Source of the DNA: Mytilus edulis
Lineage: Eukaryota
Length of the DNA: 64,000 nucleotides
Direction: 5' to 3'
Assembly (NCBI RefSeq): GCF_963676685.1
Contig: NC_092353.1
Location: 29,574,001 to 29,638,000, forward strand
Below, one piece after another: positions 49,647 through 64,000 of the stretch; the first letter of the stretch is position 1, and each line of letters opens with the position of its first letter. The notes under the pieces were generated by a model that was given only the letters and a program-made list of their open reading frames with translations, was not told the origin of the DNA and ran no database searches. The position numbers were made by a program, and so were the translations under genes.

Positions 49647-51519
49647 GTCATGTGGGATCAAACAGATTCTAACACTATATATCATTTTGTTAACACAATT
49701 AACAAAACCAATAGGAGCAGTTAAAAGGAATCTTACAAAAATAGCTCATGATTTTTATAATAAACTGTTATCCATGTTTTAACAGGCTTCGTGTTGCTCA
49801 TTCCTTTTATTTGTATGTTATTATCTGTATATTGATGTTTGTGCTTTGGTTCTATTCTTTTTTTTTTCATAGCTAAATCAGTAATAATGTCCCTTTAAAT
49901 TTTGTCGCCTCTGTTTTACAAAACTCAAATCTAGCAAAACATATATAGTTGATGTCAACGAGCTAAAGACAGCCAAGTAGAATATTTGAGGTACCAATTT
50001 TATGATATGTTCTAACAAACAGTAAAAATTAAGTTTCGGAATTGTTTGATTAAGTTTTTTTTCATATATGTTTTTTTTTAATGTAAATGATTATAATAAG
50101 AATCGTTATATCGAAAGTGGTGATCTTTACTGGTTAATCCTCCTACATTTGTTGGAGATAGAACAGTTCATATTAAGGAAAACAGAGATTAATTTCTTTA
50201 AATGATATCAAACGTTCGTAAACAGTACAATTAAAACATATGAATCAATTGAATCAATTTCAAACCCACACTTGTCATTTCTAATTTAATTTTTGGTCCG
50301 ATATAACTATTCTCTTTCTCGTAAACCGTTGATCTTCCCTTTTACATTGGAGTCAGATCCCTATATTGTCGTATTTAATAGATTGAAAAAACAAATATGG
50401 TCTATGCCATTATTCTGGTGGAAAACACAAGAAAAGTTGTTTTCTGAAGGCGCTGAGGGGAATGTCAGAAAACTCCCATGCAGTATTATCCGACATAACG
50501 GTAAATATTGACAGAAGGATAAATATTGATAAAATACTGAATTAAACTGTGCGAAATCACTAATATAATGACATATTGGATAATTGACAACCACTATATG
50601 TTTTATGTTTACCAATGTTTGCTCAACAGACGCAGTCCCGCTGTTGTGCATCCAATCAACGGAAAATACTTTGGTTATTTTAGAATAGCTCTTAATATGT
50701 CAAATAACCTTTAAAGAATGGATATATTTAGAAAATACGTGTTGATACAATAACACCATGCCTATTATATTCTTAATAAAAACAAACTTTTAACTATATG
50801 TCAGTGACGTCCTATAGTTTAAACATGTTTCCCATCGTTTAAGTCTTTTTTTATCCTAAAATAATCTTTCATACTGGTACACAGTACAGTTTTTATACAT
50901 ATAAGTTATGGCAAGAAACTAATAAAACGTCATTTTGAAAACATTATTCGCTATGCTATAAATTATATATAAATATACTAAATAAATAAATGATTTGGAA
51001 AATACATTGAATGTATAAAAAGTCATGAGAATTCCGAATGTAATCAGGTTATATCCGGGCACTCTGGTTGTAAACCTTGGTTCCATCTGGGTTTTCTGGT
51101 TCTGAACCTTGGTTCTTTGGTTCGAAACCATGGTAACTGGTTCAACATCCGGGTTGTCTGGTTAAGGCAACCCAACTTCTTGGTTCCATCTGGGTTGTAT
51201 TCTAGATCATTCTAATGTTCCGTTGAACATAACAGAAGATAACCGCAAGTCTCCGAATAAAAAGGTAAAGTAGGTCAAAGACGCTAAAATTATTTTATAA
51301 CATTAAACATTTTAGCATCGACGGTAAAGGAAGCTATGAGGTATTTATCTTCTCATTTTAATTATTTTGATAAGGAAACTAGATAAAAATAAAGCATCGT
51401 ATAGATTTTTAAAACAAACCGAAGTATACAGTACATCGAACATCCTTTTATTTAATTCAGTCGTTTTGTTTTCTTTTTTTTCCCCTTACTCATCCCTTGT
51501 TTACGTAAATATGTCTAGA

Positions 51520-51646
51520 CAGTGGCGGATCAAGAACTTTTCCTATGGGGTGCCCGCTCCAGTCATGCTTCAATGATTCCCTATATAATCAACCCAAATT
51601 TTTCCCACGAAAGGGGAGCCGCCCCCCCCTCCTGGATCCGCCTATG
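51520..51646. mobile_element. 127-bp MITE with 5-bp TSD
   Basis: TIRs CAGTGGCGGATC / GATCCGCCTATG; CTAGA at 51515-51519 and 51647-51651. Confidence 0.75.
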
Positions 51647-54153
51647 CTAGAAGTTTTAAAACCACCCAATTAGGACATTTTGTTTATATGGCTAACGATA
51701 TGTGCATCTAGCCACTTGACCAGTTGACGACTTGCATATATATTTGATCAAGTTGCACATTTATTATCAAGTTCGACTGAATTTTATTTAAAGGCTTTTT
51801 AATAATGTCAGATTTGAAAGAAATACATGTGAAGTATATGTAACAAATCTTTTTGTTCAACACAGAATGTTAAAAGACATATAATTGAAATTGATGATCA
51901 ATAAGTTGGTAAGCTTTAATTAGTTGGAAAAAAACGTTATAAAATATAATAAAATGTATAATTATGTACAATAAATTTGTCAAATTTTATACTCATTTAG
52001 TCATTGTGAAGGGCATGCATATAATCATTCGGCCAACAATAAAGAAATCAAAAGATTGAATATTTTTATACAATGTAATAAAATTATGTGTACATGTGTT
52101 AATTACAGTGCTAGTGGAATGTGTATCACCAGCACAATAGTCAGAACTTCTGTGTTGGCGCCATGATTTAGGGGCATAAAGAGTTACACTAGTCCGTCTG
52201 TCCCGAACGTCCCATAAAAACGGGTTACACTCTTCTTACTTTAATTTGCCTCAACCAAATACTAAAAAACTTATACACAATATATAAAAGAAGCTGGTGC
52301 ATGAGTGCCAATGAGAACTCTCCACAAGAGACAAAATGACACAGAAATTAACAATTATACAATGTAGCCTAGGTCACCACACGGTCTTCAACAATGAGCA
52401 AGGTTCATACCGCATAGTCGGCTATTAAAGGCACCGACATGACAACGTAAAACAATTCAAACGAGAAAACAAACGGTCTAATTTATGTACAAAAAATAAA
52501 CGAAAAACAAGATAGGCACGTGCATATAAAATAAGGCGGGGTTAAACATGTAAGAGGGATCCCAACCCTACCCCTTATGTGGCATGAGTGCCAATTAGAA
52601 CTCCCAACAAAAGACCAGATGACACAAACACTAACAACTATAGGTCATATACAGCTTTCAACAATGAGCAAAGTCAATACCGCATATAGTCAGCAATAAA
52701 AGGCACTGAAATGACATTGTAAAACAATATTCAAACGAGAAAATAAACGAACAAATTTATGTACAAGAAATGAACGAAAAACAAGTATGTTACACTTAAA
52801 AACGACATTCATTGAATTACAGGCTCCTGACTTACCACAGACACATACATACCGAATAAGGCGGGGTTGAACATGTAAGCGGGATCCCCACCTCAACACA
52901 TAATCAAATTTGAAATTTTTAAGTGTCACTTTTACTGTTCAAGAGTTATCATGTCCCTTTGAAAACATAAGAATTGCTGACTCTTTCGTTTCCTTTCTCT
53001 TAAATAAGTCTGACTCAATCAAATGTTAGTATTCACATTACCCCATAACACATATCTATTAAGTTCGATATAGGGTCCCGATGGCGTCACTGTTCATGAG
53101 TGTTTAGATGTAAAAAGTTGTGGTACGAGTACCAATGATACAAATGCGAACCCAGAGCCTTGAGATAGGAAAACTGCTAAATCTATTGTTTCCGTTCTTT
53201 AACTTTAATTTGCCCCAACCAAATGTTTTGAAACTTATTCACAATGCTTATGGTCACAAAACGGTCAAAATTACGCAATTACTGCATCTATATGTGAAAG
53301 TTTACTCATTTTTTTCACAAGCAGGGGCATCTGTGGTTAATAGACATATTCTACATTTATTTCAGTAATCAGCTTATTTACTTCCATTGAATTCTTCTTT
53401 AAATAGACTTAACTTGCGCATTTTTTTTTCAGGATCTCGGTGCAGTTTGGTAACAGACAGTGATATTTCAAGTTGAATGTGACCAACTTAACAAAGTGTT
53501 TCACTAGATTGAGCTCTCTGTCTAAGTGTACTTTAAAGGTTCTTAGCCTTGAGTTCAGTTTATTGATATGCGTATACCTTCTGTGTGAATTTTTATGATG
53601 TAAAAGCAGACTATCCATACCTACATGTCCATGAAATGAAATCTAAGGTAAAATGATTGAAACATTTTGCATTATCTATCACAACTGGCAGCACACGATG
53701 CTACTGAAGCAGTAAATTTTCTTACTTGATATTCGCAGAAATTAAAGGATTTAGTTTCATCTGAACCAAACATTCTTAAAAATTGAGAATGGAAATGTGG
53801 AATGTGTAAAAGAGACAGTAACCATGTCAAAAGAGCAGAAAGCAGTCAAAGGCAACTAATGGGTCCTCATAGCTGACTATGCGGTATGGGCTTTGCTCAT
53901 TGTTGAAGGCCGTACAGTGACCTATAATTGTTAATGTCTGTGTCATTTTGGTCTTTTGTGGATAGTTGTCTCAATGGCAATCATACTACATCTTCTTTTT
54001 TATATCTTCAACAAAGCGAGAAAATCCCTCGCCCAGAGGCGGGCTTCAGATGGCCCTTAACAAAATGTGTACCAGTTCAAACTTCAAATTATAAAATAAA
54101 CTTACAATTAAAAACATACAAGACTAACAAAAACCAGAGACTCCTGACTTGAC

Positions 54154-54680
54154 GTCAAGGTAATCATACCAAGAGACACATCCAATATGCAAAGGTCAAG
54201 AGTCAAAAAGTCATAGTCTGGTCAAGAGATCCTTGTCAAAAAAAAAAACCACACACACACACAGCGGATTTTGAGAAAAGGGTCATCGTGGTACATAAAA
54301 CTAACAATATATCTATATATCTAATATACCTAAGAAGATGTGGTACGAGTGCCAATCATACAGTTAATTCTCCATTTAATTCAAACAAAATATACAAGTT
54401 TTACATTGACGGCAAAGGTCAAGCTCACATGAAGTTTCTCGTGCCAATAGTCTCATCATCTTATGACAATACATCTACATACCACATATTCAGAAGCAGG
54501 GTCAATTGAAAATTATATTTTGAGGTCAAGGTAATATACCGAGGAATACACTGCAACGTGATGACACACCCAACGTGCATACATGTAGGTCAGGAGTCAA
54601 AAAGTCAAAGTCTGATCAAATGTTCCATGTAAAAAATACACACAGCAGTCTTGCACGAAAGCTAATCATGGTACACGTAA
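54154..54680 (+). repeat. Diverged ~370-bp-period repeat (gtcaaggt..., gtcaaaaagtca)
   Basis: 54154-54295 resembles 54525-54678. Confidence 0.6.
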
Positions 54681-56133
54681 CAATGTCTTGTGTCATGATG
54701 CACTACACATGCAAAATATAGAAAACTTAGGGCAGAGACAGAAATACAAGACACATAACTAAACTCAATTGAATGGTACTTGTATTGCAGGTCACTACAT
54801 TGCCTTCAACAAAGAATATAAACTCTCGCAACAATGCAAAGTTAAACCCGTCTTTCACTAAAGTTTGAGCAGGATTCTTTGCAACGATTATTTTACCACG
54901 TATAATTGAGAATCGAGTCGTGCAGTTATGTCAATAAAGTAAAACGGTAAGATTAGACATTAAAACACTAAAAACTAGGGTTTAACATTAATTTTTAACC
55001 CAACCATATGATAGTACTATGGTAAACTTATGGAAACACATCATACAGTCATGAAATTGAATATTTGAAATAGTACGACCAGAACAATACAAGACAGAGT
55101 TGTAAACAAAAGAAAGTAATGATACATATCGAATTTTTGATCCCAATGCACAAATTAGGAACCGTAGTTTTCATTCAATTTATTTATCTAAAATGTACGC
55201 TTGGGTTAAACAATGGAAATTTACATTGTATATTTATATAAACGATCAATCTTGTAATCTAATATTAAAAAAATTACTACCTAAGTAATATACCTTCAAA
55301 ATAATTTGATTTATGATAATAAGTCTATATTTCGATAGATAGATTGATAATTCTTCGATTTATAAAAAAATTGGATATCTATTCACTGAGAACTATTAAC
55401 CTCACTTGTCCGTTGCGAACAAATGTTTTTCGAAATTGTCAAAAACTTCCGGCCGACTATCATTTCCTTTGACATGAGATCACGTCGTAAAATTTGCTTA
55501 TGAAGTTAGATTATGGTCATATCGCTAAACTTTTATGCATTTTTCACATAAACAGTGCAAAGTTGTCTAAGAATTATTTTTATGCGATCTCGGAAATAAA
55601 AATGTTTATTCACGACATTTTGACGCTGTAAAAACCAGATATACTCGCACGACGAATTCTGAATCTTATCATTGAATGTTCCTCCAACTTTTCTTAATTA
55701 ATTGTTTTTGGTTATACTTTCTGTTCTAAGTTATTGCATTTGTCGTTCGGGTAGGCATTCAAAAAATTTGACTGAGCATACTTAAAGACATTTGAGACGC
55801 AATTTTTTCCCGAATAAGCATGATCAACTGCAATTGCATCTTTAGAAAAAAAGTGACATTGTTTTATTTCATGATACAAAACTCTACAACGAGACTTTAC
55901 TAAATCGAAGCATTGAATCAGTTGTTCTTACAACGTATAGTCACAACGATTTTTTTTACGTATACGCATAATAACATTCAGATTATATATCGTTATGAAG
56001 CAAATTAAGGAACTGAAAACAGCTGTTTAGTTTAAACTTGTATCAAATGACAACAACAGCCTTACAAATTTCGAGTCTCTATAAAATTGACTAAAGAAAA
56101 AGGTCATATATTTTTTTTAAACGTAATTTGTTA

Positions 56134-56585
56134 TTTAAAGAATTTTGTTTGGAAGACAATGTCTAACTTGACATAGGTTATAGATATTTGTCTACTGATG
56201 AGGATCGTATCTGGACAGCTATATGGCTGTTTGTTTGTGAGTGTAATTTTGCGAAACTGCCCTTTTCTCACTTAATTCTTAGTAACTAAAACATGCATTA
56301 AATACATCAACTCAAGCATCATCTCGTTTCCGTATTGTCGATTTTACAATTTCAGATTTGTCATTTAAAGAATTTTGTTGGAATGTTTAACCTTATGTCT
56401 CTTCTATAAACTTCCTCCACGGGAAAATAATTTATCTACTGATGAGGATCGTTTGAGGACAGATATATATTTGTTTATGAGTGTAATTTTGCGAAACTTC
56501 CCTTTCCTCACTTAATTCTTAGTAACTAAAACATGCATTAAATACATCAACTCAAGCATCATCTCGTTTCCGTATTGTCGTTTTT
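56134..56585 (+). repeat. Two-copy ~230-bp tandem duplication (single copy in paralog at ~7680-7920)
   Basis: tttaaagaattttgtt...tctactgatgaggatcgt...ctcacttaattcttagtaactaaaacatgcatt...ccgtattgtcg repeated. Confidence 0.9.
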
Positions 56586-59500
56586 CATTTTGCATTACTT
56601 AATTTTCGTTTAAATGGTCAATAGATATATATCATCTAAACAATGTACCATTAAGATTTCCTGCTATCACTTATTATAGAAAAGAAAATTATCGTGAATA
56701 TCATATAAGCGCTGACGTTTTACTAATTTATTTTCGTAAAATCGGAAATATGTGTCAACAATTTTTATGTTTTCTTTCTCTAGCTGTCTCATCATTCTTG
56801 GCTGTTGATATAAGAATTCGCATTGCAATAGACCTTAAATGATAAATGTTAAGATTTACAATGTAACATGTGATTTTCACTCAGTTTAATGCAGACATCT
56901 AGTGCTACGTGAAATATGCAAAGATCGCATTACAGTTAACAATCTATATTGCAAAGCAAAGAAAAAGTTGTTGTGCTGACTTTTTTCATTTTAAACGAAT
57001 CTAAATACATGAATAGTCTTTTAAATCCACGTTTATGACATGTTAACTGATAGACAGAATACAGCTAGCATGTTATTCAAATAAATAACACACCATAGAC
57101 TAACGAGGATATCAGGTCAACTGAAAGGTCACTCATGGACTTTTTACGCTCCATTACTCGATGGTCAGTACGAATAAGGGGCCAAATTTGGTAATGGTTA
57201 CAAAATAAATGGGAAAACTAAAGCAGATATGTCGACAGTCATTTGTGAAAAGTAAGATTATTATAAAAATAAATCCCGAACTACAATGAAAATTTAAAAC
57301 GGAAAGTCCAAAAAGGCAAAATCAAATGCTAAAACAAATCAAACGAATGGAAAACAACTGTCATATTGCTGATTTAGTTAAGGAATAAATTGATGCAGAA
57401 ACATTTGAATTAAACCTGAGTATAAAGTAAGCTAAATATCTAATTGTATGACAAATGTTTATTAAATAATTCAGACGACAACAGAAAAATATTTAGAGAA
57501 ATTGTATTAGCAATTTTGGCATACTCCTTTAAAATATATTACAATGAACAGATCTTAGCTCCGAAATGTATGTATCAATTTTTGTGACGACAATTTTAAA
57601 TATTATAAATTCGGCATACTACCAAATTGCAAAAATTACATTACAGGCCTATGTTCAACACATTGTCAACAAGTATAATATCCATACTATCTCAAACGGT
57701 TAACACAGTTCAAGTCATCGTGTGCTCGAGTTGTTACAGAAAACAGTTAACAAGACAATTATGTATAAGTGTGTTATATTACATAGAATTCATATAGCAA
57801 CAACACATCTTATTTTATCTTATTTAGTTGCGCATGAAAACTTTATGGACACGTATGGGAAATGCAACGTCTCTTTATCAGTAAAAATATAGGCACTATA
57901 ATCACACCGAAATAATGGTAATTTCTTAAAATAGAAAATGTATTATTTTTGTTTCAATTAGCTCTACATTTAAACTACAAAAAACTTACCTTTAATGCAT
58001 ATCAATAATCTCAGCATCCTTTTAACAGCAGCACTCTTTTTTTCAAAAAGCGAAGGCATGTCATTAGAACAGTTAGTCCTTATATTCAACGTCAATTATT
58101 AACACTTCTGATTCTAAGTTGTAAGACGGACAACAAAGTGTGTTAAATTAAATTCCTGAATTTGAAAATGCTTCTCGTCTATCAATGTTGTTATTTTGAT
58201 TGATTTAGTCTGAACTGATCAGTCAAAACATTCCAATCGACTTCTTCTATAATCAGATACTATTTCACAGGAATCCTGAGTAGACTGAAAGATGTGCGTT
58301 TGCCACTAAGTTATTCTCAGGTGAATGGTATAATCAATTGCCTGAAAATATTGAATCAATTATCTTTTCATTTACAACAGTTTAGAAATTATAAAATAGT
58401 CTGGTGTCATCGTGCTTTGGTGAGATAATATTCATTCTAGAAGAAATGATATATTTCTTTATGGCTTCTTTCATCCTTTTTTCTGATACCATTCACAGAA
58501 AGTTAAACTGATTGGTTATATCAACATTTGGTTAAGGTGCTAAGAAAACACTAAATAAACTCTTCATAGACGCAGGACGTGGGTTCAATTTGCAAAAGAC
58601 CACACAGGCAATAAAATCTAGTATACAAAGAAATATACAATGGATTAAAAAAATATTCATAGACAAAAAAACTCCAAACTAAAGATCTAGCAGAACGAAT
58701 TACAAGAAAAACGGAGATTCACAGTTTTACGAAAAGGGTTTTACTCTTTGCTATTAGAACCTGTCATGATGTTGATGGTCAGTATTTACAAATGAAAATC
58801 ATGTGATCGACCACTTCAGTGCTGCATTAACGGGGAAACTAACGTTGACGCGTTAGAATCAGATTGTATCTTTAAATTTTACAATTTGTCACTTGCTTTT
58901 AAAGAGTAAAGACATTTTTGTTTTCCCGATGCAACCGTCATAGTTCTTATGTGGTAGCATTTGAATGATATGATGATAAACCATGCTAACATAGCTGACT
59001 ATGCAATATGGGCTTTGTTTTCTGTTGAAGGTCGTACGGTAATCTATAGTTGATTTCTGTGTAATTTGGTCTCTTGTTGAGAGTTGTCTGATTGGCAATC
59101 AAACTACATCTTCCTTTTTTTTATATTAACAGCTTTAGTTATGTCGCTCAATTTCTAAAAATTGTCACTTTTTAACTCTCAAGTCAGAGCAATTAAATAA
59201 TGTTAAAACATCATAAAATCTATCGTTTTAAACATGTGCTTCCATCTGAATGTACCTGGTATCTTTTGAAATATGTCATCACTAGAAAGTACTTGTTGAT
59301 ATTGACTTTATCAGCAAAATAAGAAGCGAGCTCTCGCTACTGTTAGATGATATTTGCGGTGATCAAGTCAGTAGAAAAAAAAAGATATAAACATAATTTG
59401 CATTTAAAAACTCTTTAGGTCAGACAATGATATAGTTTAAAATAAATTATAAAACTATTTTCTATTGGATAAAGAGGCAGATAATGTTGACACAGATAGC

Positions 59501-62500
59501 CAGGAAAGCGTAGCATTGCTGCAGTGTTACGTTATGCATTCGCTCAATAATTCCGAGTATCACCTGATACTTTCTGCATGATTTTAAATTGTTTAACCTA
59601 AAGAATCAAAAGGAAAATTTACAAATTGTCTAGGGTTTTGCATAGGCTATATATATTGATCAAAATATTTAATTTCGTTCAATGGTTCATCAAAACCTCT
59701 AACAATTTGAGGAATTATATATAGCGTTTCTGTAATATTGTTTCGAGATAATCTAGTAGTATTTAAATGCTATATGTAACAACAAAACGATTTTGATTAT
59801 TCTAACTGTATCACAAAACAAAACAAAAACAAAGTCAAAGTTTAAATTTGATTGTTAGTATTTAGGGGTTTATAAAATCTGTACTTCAATTGTTCTCATA
59901 AAAATATTGTTAGCTGTATTCAATAATCTTGAATAACATTAAATATCAAAATAATCACGTAAACATTAAATTTGTTTTATTTGTGAGGAGGAAAACGCCT
60001 TTTAGATAGGCAATCTGGTTCCATTTCAATCGTAAACCTAAATAACATTTTGTCAAGAATTGTACCGCACCAGATAAGAATTGAAACAATTAATGTCTCT
60101 TTATTAATGCTCGTTGTCAAAATAATTAAAAACCAAAAAAATTGATACGAACTTTGAAGATCTGATATGACATGAAGGGATCAGAAAGTATAGTCAAACC
60201 AAAACAAGGAAGCAGAGCTATACATGAGGGAGATATATTCTTAAATTGAAAACGTCTTTTTGAAGATTTGTAACAGCAATAAACATCGCAAAACATACAT
60301 CAATTTGAGATTTCAACATATATTTCATTACAATACAAACATAGATATCGGTTTCCTCATCCCCTGATATAGCTGTATATTTGATCTTGTTTACATAATA
60401 GTCGAATGATGTTCAATAATTCTGTCAATACTCATCATTATAACGTGTAGGATAACTAGACACGGAAAGACAATGATAAAATACCAATGTTTCTCTACGA
60501 ATTAATTTGAGAAGTGTCAGTTACAGCAACATTCTTATAATTTGTCTGTGTTTTGACAAAGGAAGAACAGGATCAAATATACTTTGTCTGAGTTAAAAGT
60601 TTATATGCAAATACTTGTTTCCTTGTGTTATCTGATACTTCTACAATGATGCTTCTAAATAGAAGAAAAATATTTTTGATCAATAATCCATGTGTTCATG
60701 TAATGATTTTGTATTAAGCTTTGACTATATAAAAATAGTAGCATCCGTGAAAGAAATTCGGTTTTTGCATATTGTCTTTACTAGAAATTACTTTTTTGAA
60801 TAGTGAACGTTAAACGCAACATAATATCTTAAAATCAATGTCAAATTTCAACTAATCTAGTATTAAAAGAATCTCAAAATATTCAATATTCTATGAAACC
60901 TGAAAAAGATCTGAAAGGCTTTATCCAATATTTTTATCACGTTAGTGGGCAATGTTTAGATTGTTATTCCCAGGTTTCCTGTAATTGTTCCTTAAATAAA
61001 GCGATTTGAAAAATCAGACAACAAAAGCGTTCAACCCATTCTGTAAATGTCAAGTCGACCTGTCAACCGTTGAAGCTAGACACATTTTTAATTGGATTAT
61101 AAGATTTTGACTTATGCACATGTTTACTTAGATAAAATCACCCAAGAGCTATCTATCCGTATAATTTTTTTTACCTGTACCACGTACTAACGTATACGTA
61201 TTATTTATTAATAGATTGAACACACGCATAATATTAACAGATAAACTAAATACCTGACAATGGAACGCTATGAAAATGTATTTCTTATTTTTTGCCAAAA
61301 CAAAGTATTTAAATGATGACAGATGAAAGTGGAAAAAATCGATACACATGTTTATGAAATATTTTCCTAACTTCGTATCAACATTACAGCTACCTTTTCC
61401 TGAATGTGAGTTGCCGAATGAGACTTACTACAAGAATTGTACTAACATGATCAACACGACGGGTGTCATATGTGGATCATGATCTCCTTACCCTTCCGGT
61501 GCACCTGAGATCAACACCAGTTTTTGGTGATGTTCGTTTTGCTCGGTCTTTAGTTTTCTATGGGTTGTGTTTTGAGTACTATTGTTTATCTGTTGACCGC
61601 TTTCTGTGTTTGCCAGGACGTTGTCAGTTTAGTTTCGACTTATAGTTTTGAATGACCCTTTTGTATCGGTTGCATCTCTTCTATGATATATGTCAGTTAA
61701 TTATCGATTTACATAATTGAAAAGTAATGTTATCTGATGCGTATTTGATCATTTCGTGAATTGGAAAAAATCAAATCCAAAAATATCACATTCGACATTG
61801 ACATATTTTTTTAAGATCAAATGAAAAGATTACAATACCCTATATAAAGGAAGTGTCTCTTATATTCTCAATTACCTTTTATCTAATAAGAGAACTAATA
61901 AAACAGAATTGGTTATTAGCGTAAGATATTTTTTTCATCTGTTGATCCTATATAGCTATTAGATCAGATTGTTAATTTCTTTAGAAGTCAAAGCATGTAT
62001 TTGAAAAATAAATAACGTTTATTTAGCATCTTGTAATTTGTGGTTACGAAATTTCTTCAATAAATTACATCGTAAGGAAAATTACCAATAACGGTATTTA
62101 ATTCCAACAGAAAGGTAGACCAACTTTGTGACAGTGGTTCGGGGATTGTATATCTTTACAATAGTTTAGGAATTAGCCAATATAAAAAAGATGTTGTATG
62201 ATAAATCAAACAACTCTCCACAAGTGACCAGATGGAAATTAACATAGGTCACCGTACGGCCTTCTACAATGGACAAAAGCCAAACTGCATAGTCCTCTAA
62301 AAAAGGCCCCGAAATGACAACTGTGAAACCATTCAAACGAGAAAACTAACAGCCTGATTTATTTTTAAACTGATAAACGAAACAAAATGTAACATATTGC
62401 AACAAACGACAATCATGTGCAGGTTCCATACTTGTAACAGACACATACAGAATGTGGAGGGGTAAAACTAGTTTGAATGTTTGTTTATGAGTTGAATTCT

Positions 62501-62504
62501 TATA

Positions 62505-62626
62505 AGTTATCAAAGGTACCAGGATTATAATCTTATACGCCAGACACGCGTTTTGTCTAAATAAGACTCACCAGTGACGCTCAGATCAAAATAGTTATAA
62601 AGCCAAACAAGTAAAAAGTTGAAGAG
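62505..62626 (-). mobile_element. Short 5'-truncated hammerhead retrozyme copy (core mutated)
   Basis: agttatcaaaggtaccagg...gttgaagag; absent at the paralogous site ~12800. Confidence 0.85.
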
Positions 62627-63498
62627 TATTATCTATGAATAAATGGTTTTACCTCAAAAGTTTTTTTGAAATAATTATTTAAGGTAGCGAGACTGAAATA
62701 TTTGTACTTACTACATCTATTAAGATGTTTTAAAAAATTACAAAATACATATTTACAAAACATTGTGTGTACAAAGGATATGTAATTTGTATTACCATGT
62801 TAATGTAGTTTAAACATCATCATTGAAGAAATAAAACCCAAAAAAAGACGATGGCCAAAGACGGGTTGGGATATCTAAAACCTATGGTAGGATATTTATG
62901 CATCCTTTGTTGTTACATAATCATCAGACATGTCAAGTACAAGATTTGAGAAGTCGATAGAAATATCTAACATGTCATCATAGTTGTGATTTTACGTATC
63001 TTTCATTACCCTTTATGATCTATAAAACATATATTGGGAGAGATGAAAATTTCATTTGTCAATCAAACTTGTTGTCTTCCTATAATTGAAAGGCTTATAA
63101 TCGGGAAAAAAGGCATGCATAAGCAGCTTGATGTATGCCAAATGATGAGTGAGATTTGCTAATTGTTGCTGAGCATTTTGAGTTCATCCATGTTCTTTTT
63201 AAAGTTTGTGTCTTTAGGTTTCTGTTTTCCACTTTGACGATTTCTATTTATCTTTTGGTCATTACTTTGTTTGTTTTGCATTGTTTTATCGGTTTGGGTA
63301 TCCCTTTAGTATGGTCCGCATCTCAATGGTATTGTGGATGGTAAGTTGAGGTTTTGTACGATTTGTTGCATAATTGGATTTAAAATGCAGTTGTCTCCAA
63401 CTATATCCCATTAGAACGGCTACAAGAAAAAAACACTGGTGAACACAAACGTTATCCTGGTATATATCGTGATTAGTTTATTGACATTTTAAAATAAT

Positions 63499-63888
63499 AT
63501 AAAAAAGAAGTTGTGGTATGATTGCCAATGAGACAACTATCCACAAAAGATCAAAATGACACTGACATTAACAACTATAGGTCACCGTACGACTTCAACA
63601 ATGAGCAAAGCCCATACCGCATAGTCAGTTATAAAAGTCCCCGATGAGACAATATAAAACAATTCAAACGGGAAAACTAATGGCCTCATTTATGTAAAAA
63701 AGAAAATGAACAAAAACAAATATGTAACACATAAACAAACGACAACCACTGAATTACAGGCTCAAGACTTGGGACAGACACATACATAAATAATGTGGCG
63801 GGGTTAAACATGTTAGTGGGATCCCAACCCTCCCCTAACCTGGGACAGTGGTATAACAGTACAACATAAGAACGAACTATAAAAATCA
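63499..63888 (-). mobile_element. Family B repeat inserted after the duplication; twister-like domain 63746-63851 with P4 disrupted
   Basis: Near-identical to 16347-16590 but P4 reads UCUG/CUUG; absent at the paralogous site ~13875. Confidence 0.85.
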
Positions 63889-64000
63889 AAAATGTTTTTG
63901 TTGGTCGAAACAGTCAATGAAGTATATCTACGGATTTGATCTAAATGTTACAACTTATGTTGTCAAAATAATTGCTAGTACTCCTTTATGGATTGTTACT

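Larger units (their letters stand above)
50966..55240. mobile_element. ~4.3-kb segment specific to duplication copy 2, bounded by a 13-bp inverted repeat and filled with nested repeats
   Basis: Homology to copy 1 breaks at ~6777 and resumes at ~6781. TATATAAATATAC (50966-50978) / GTATATTTATATA (55228-55240). Confidence 0.5.
44125..64000 (+). repeat. Segmental/tandem duplication, copy 2 (continues beyond window)
   Basis: Same order and orientation as 180-13998. Longer because of copy-specific segments at 46877-47280, 47822-48063, 49318-49646, 50966-55240, ~58490-59790, 62505-62626 and 63499-63888. Confidence 0.95.

Noticed and set aside
1-64000. CRISPR arrays, tRNA/rRNA genes, prokaryotic operons
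   Set aside because: No regularly spaced repeat-spacer array, cloverleaf or rRNA-like sequence was seen; the DNA is intron-containing and eukaryotic.

Overview
Strongly AT-rich eukaryotic (animal) genomic DNA. The repeat families look like those of a bivalve, probably Mytilus; this is recognition from memory, not a database result. Only one intact protein-coding gene is supported: a 3-coding-exon, 199-aa secreted F-type lectin (fucolectin-like) on + (24252-26596) with an altered fucose-binding motif. Positions ~180-14000 are repeated, diverged and with independent insertions, at ~44125-64000, so the window spans a large tandem/segmental duplication whose second copy runs off the end. The two copies supply empty-site controls for insertions. 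The most interesting content is a set of ribozyme-bearing, non-coding short retroelements lying alongside a 5'-truncated Penelope-like (PLE) reverse-transcriptase fragment. (i) A 355-nt hammerhead retrozyme family has a fixed 3' insertion end next to a pseudoknot-like domain. (ii) At least three otherwise dissimilar interspersed repeat families each fold into a circularly permuted (type-P5) twister-like ribozyme, with cross-family covariation and a different self-complementary palindrome in the P1 position. Also present are TIR/MITE elements, local tandem duplications and possible decayed gene fragments. Almost all ORFs in the supplied track are spurious.
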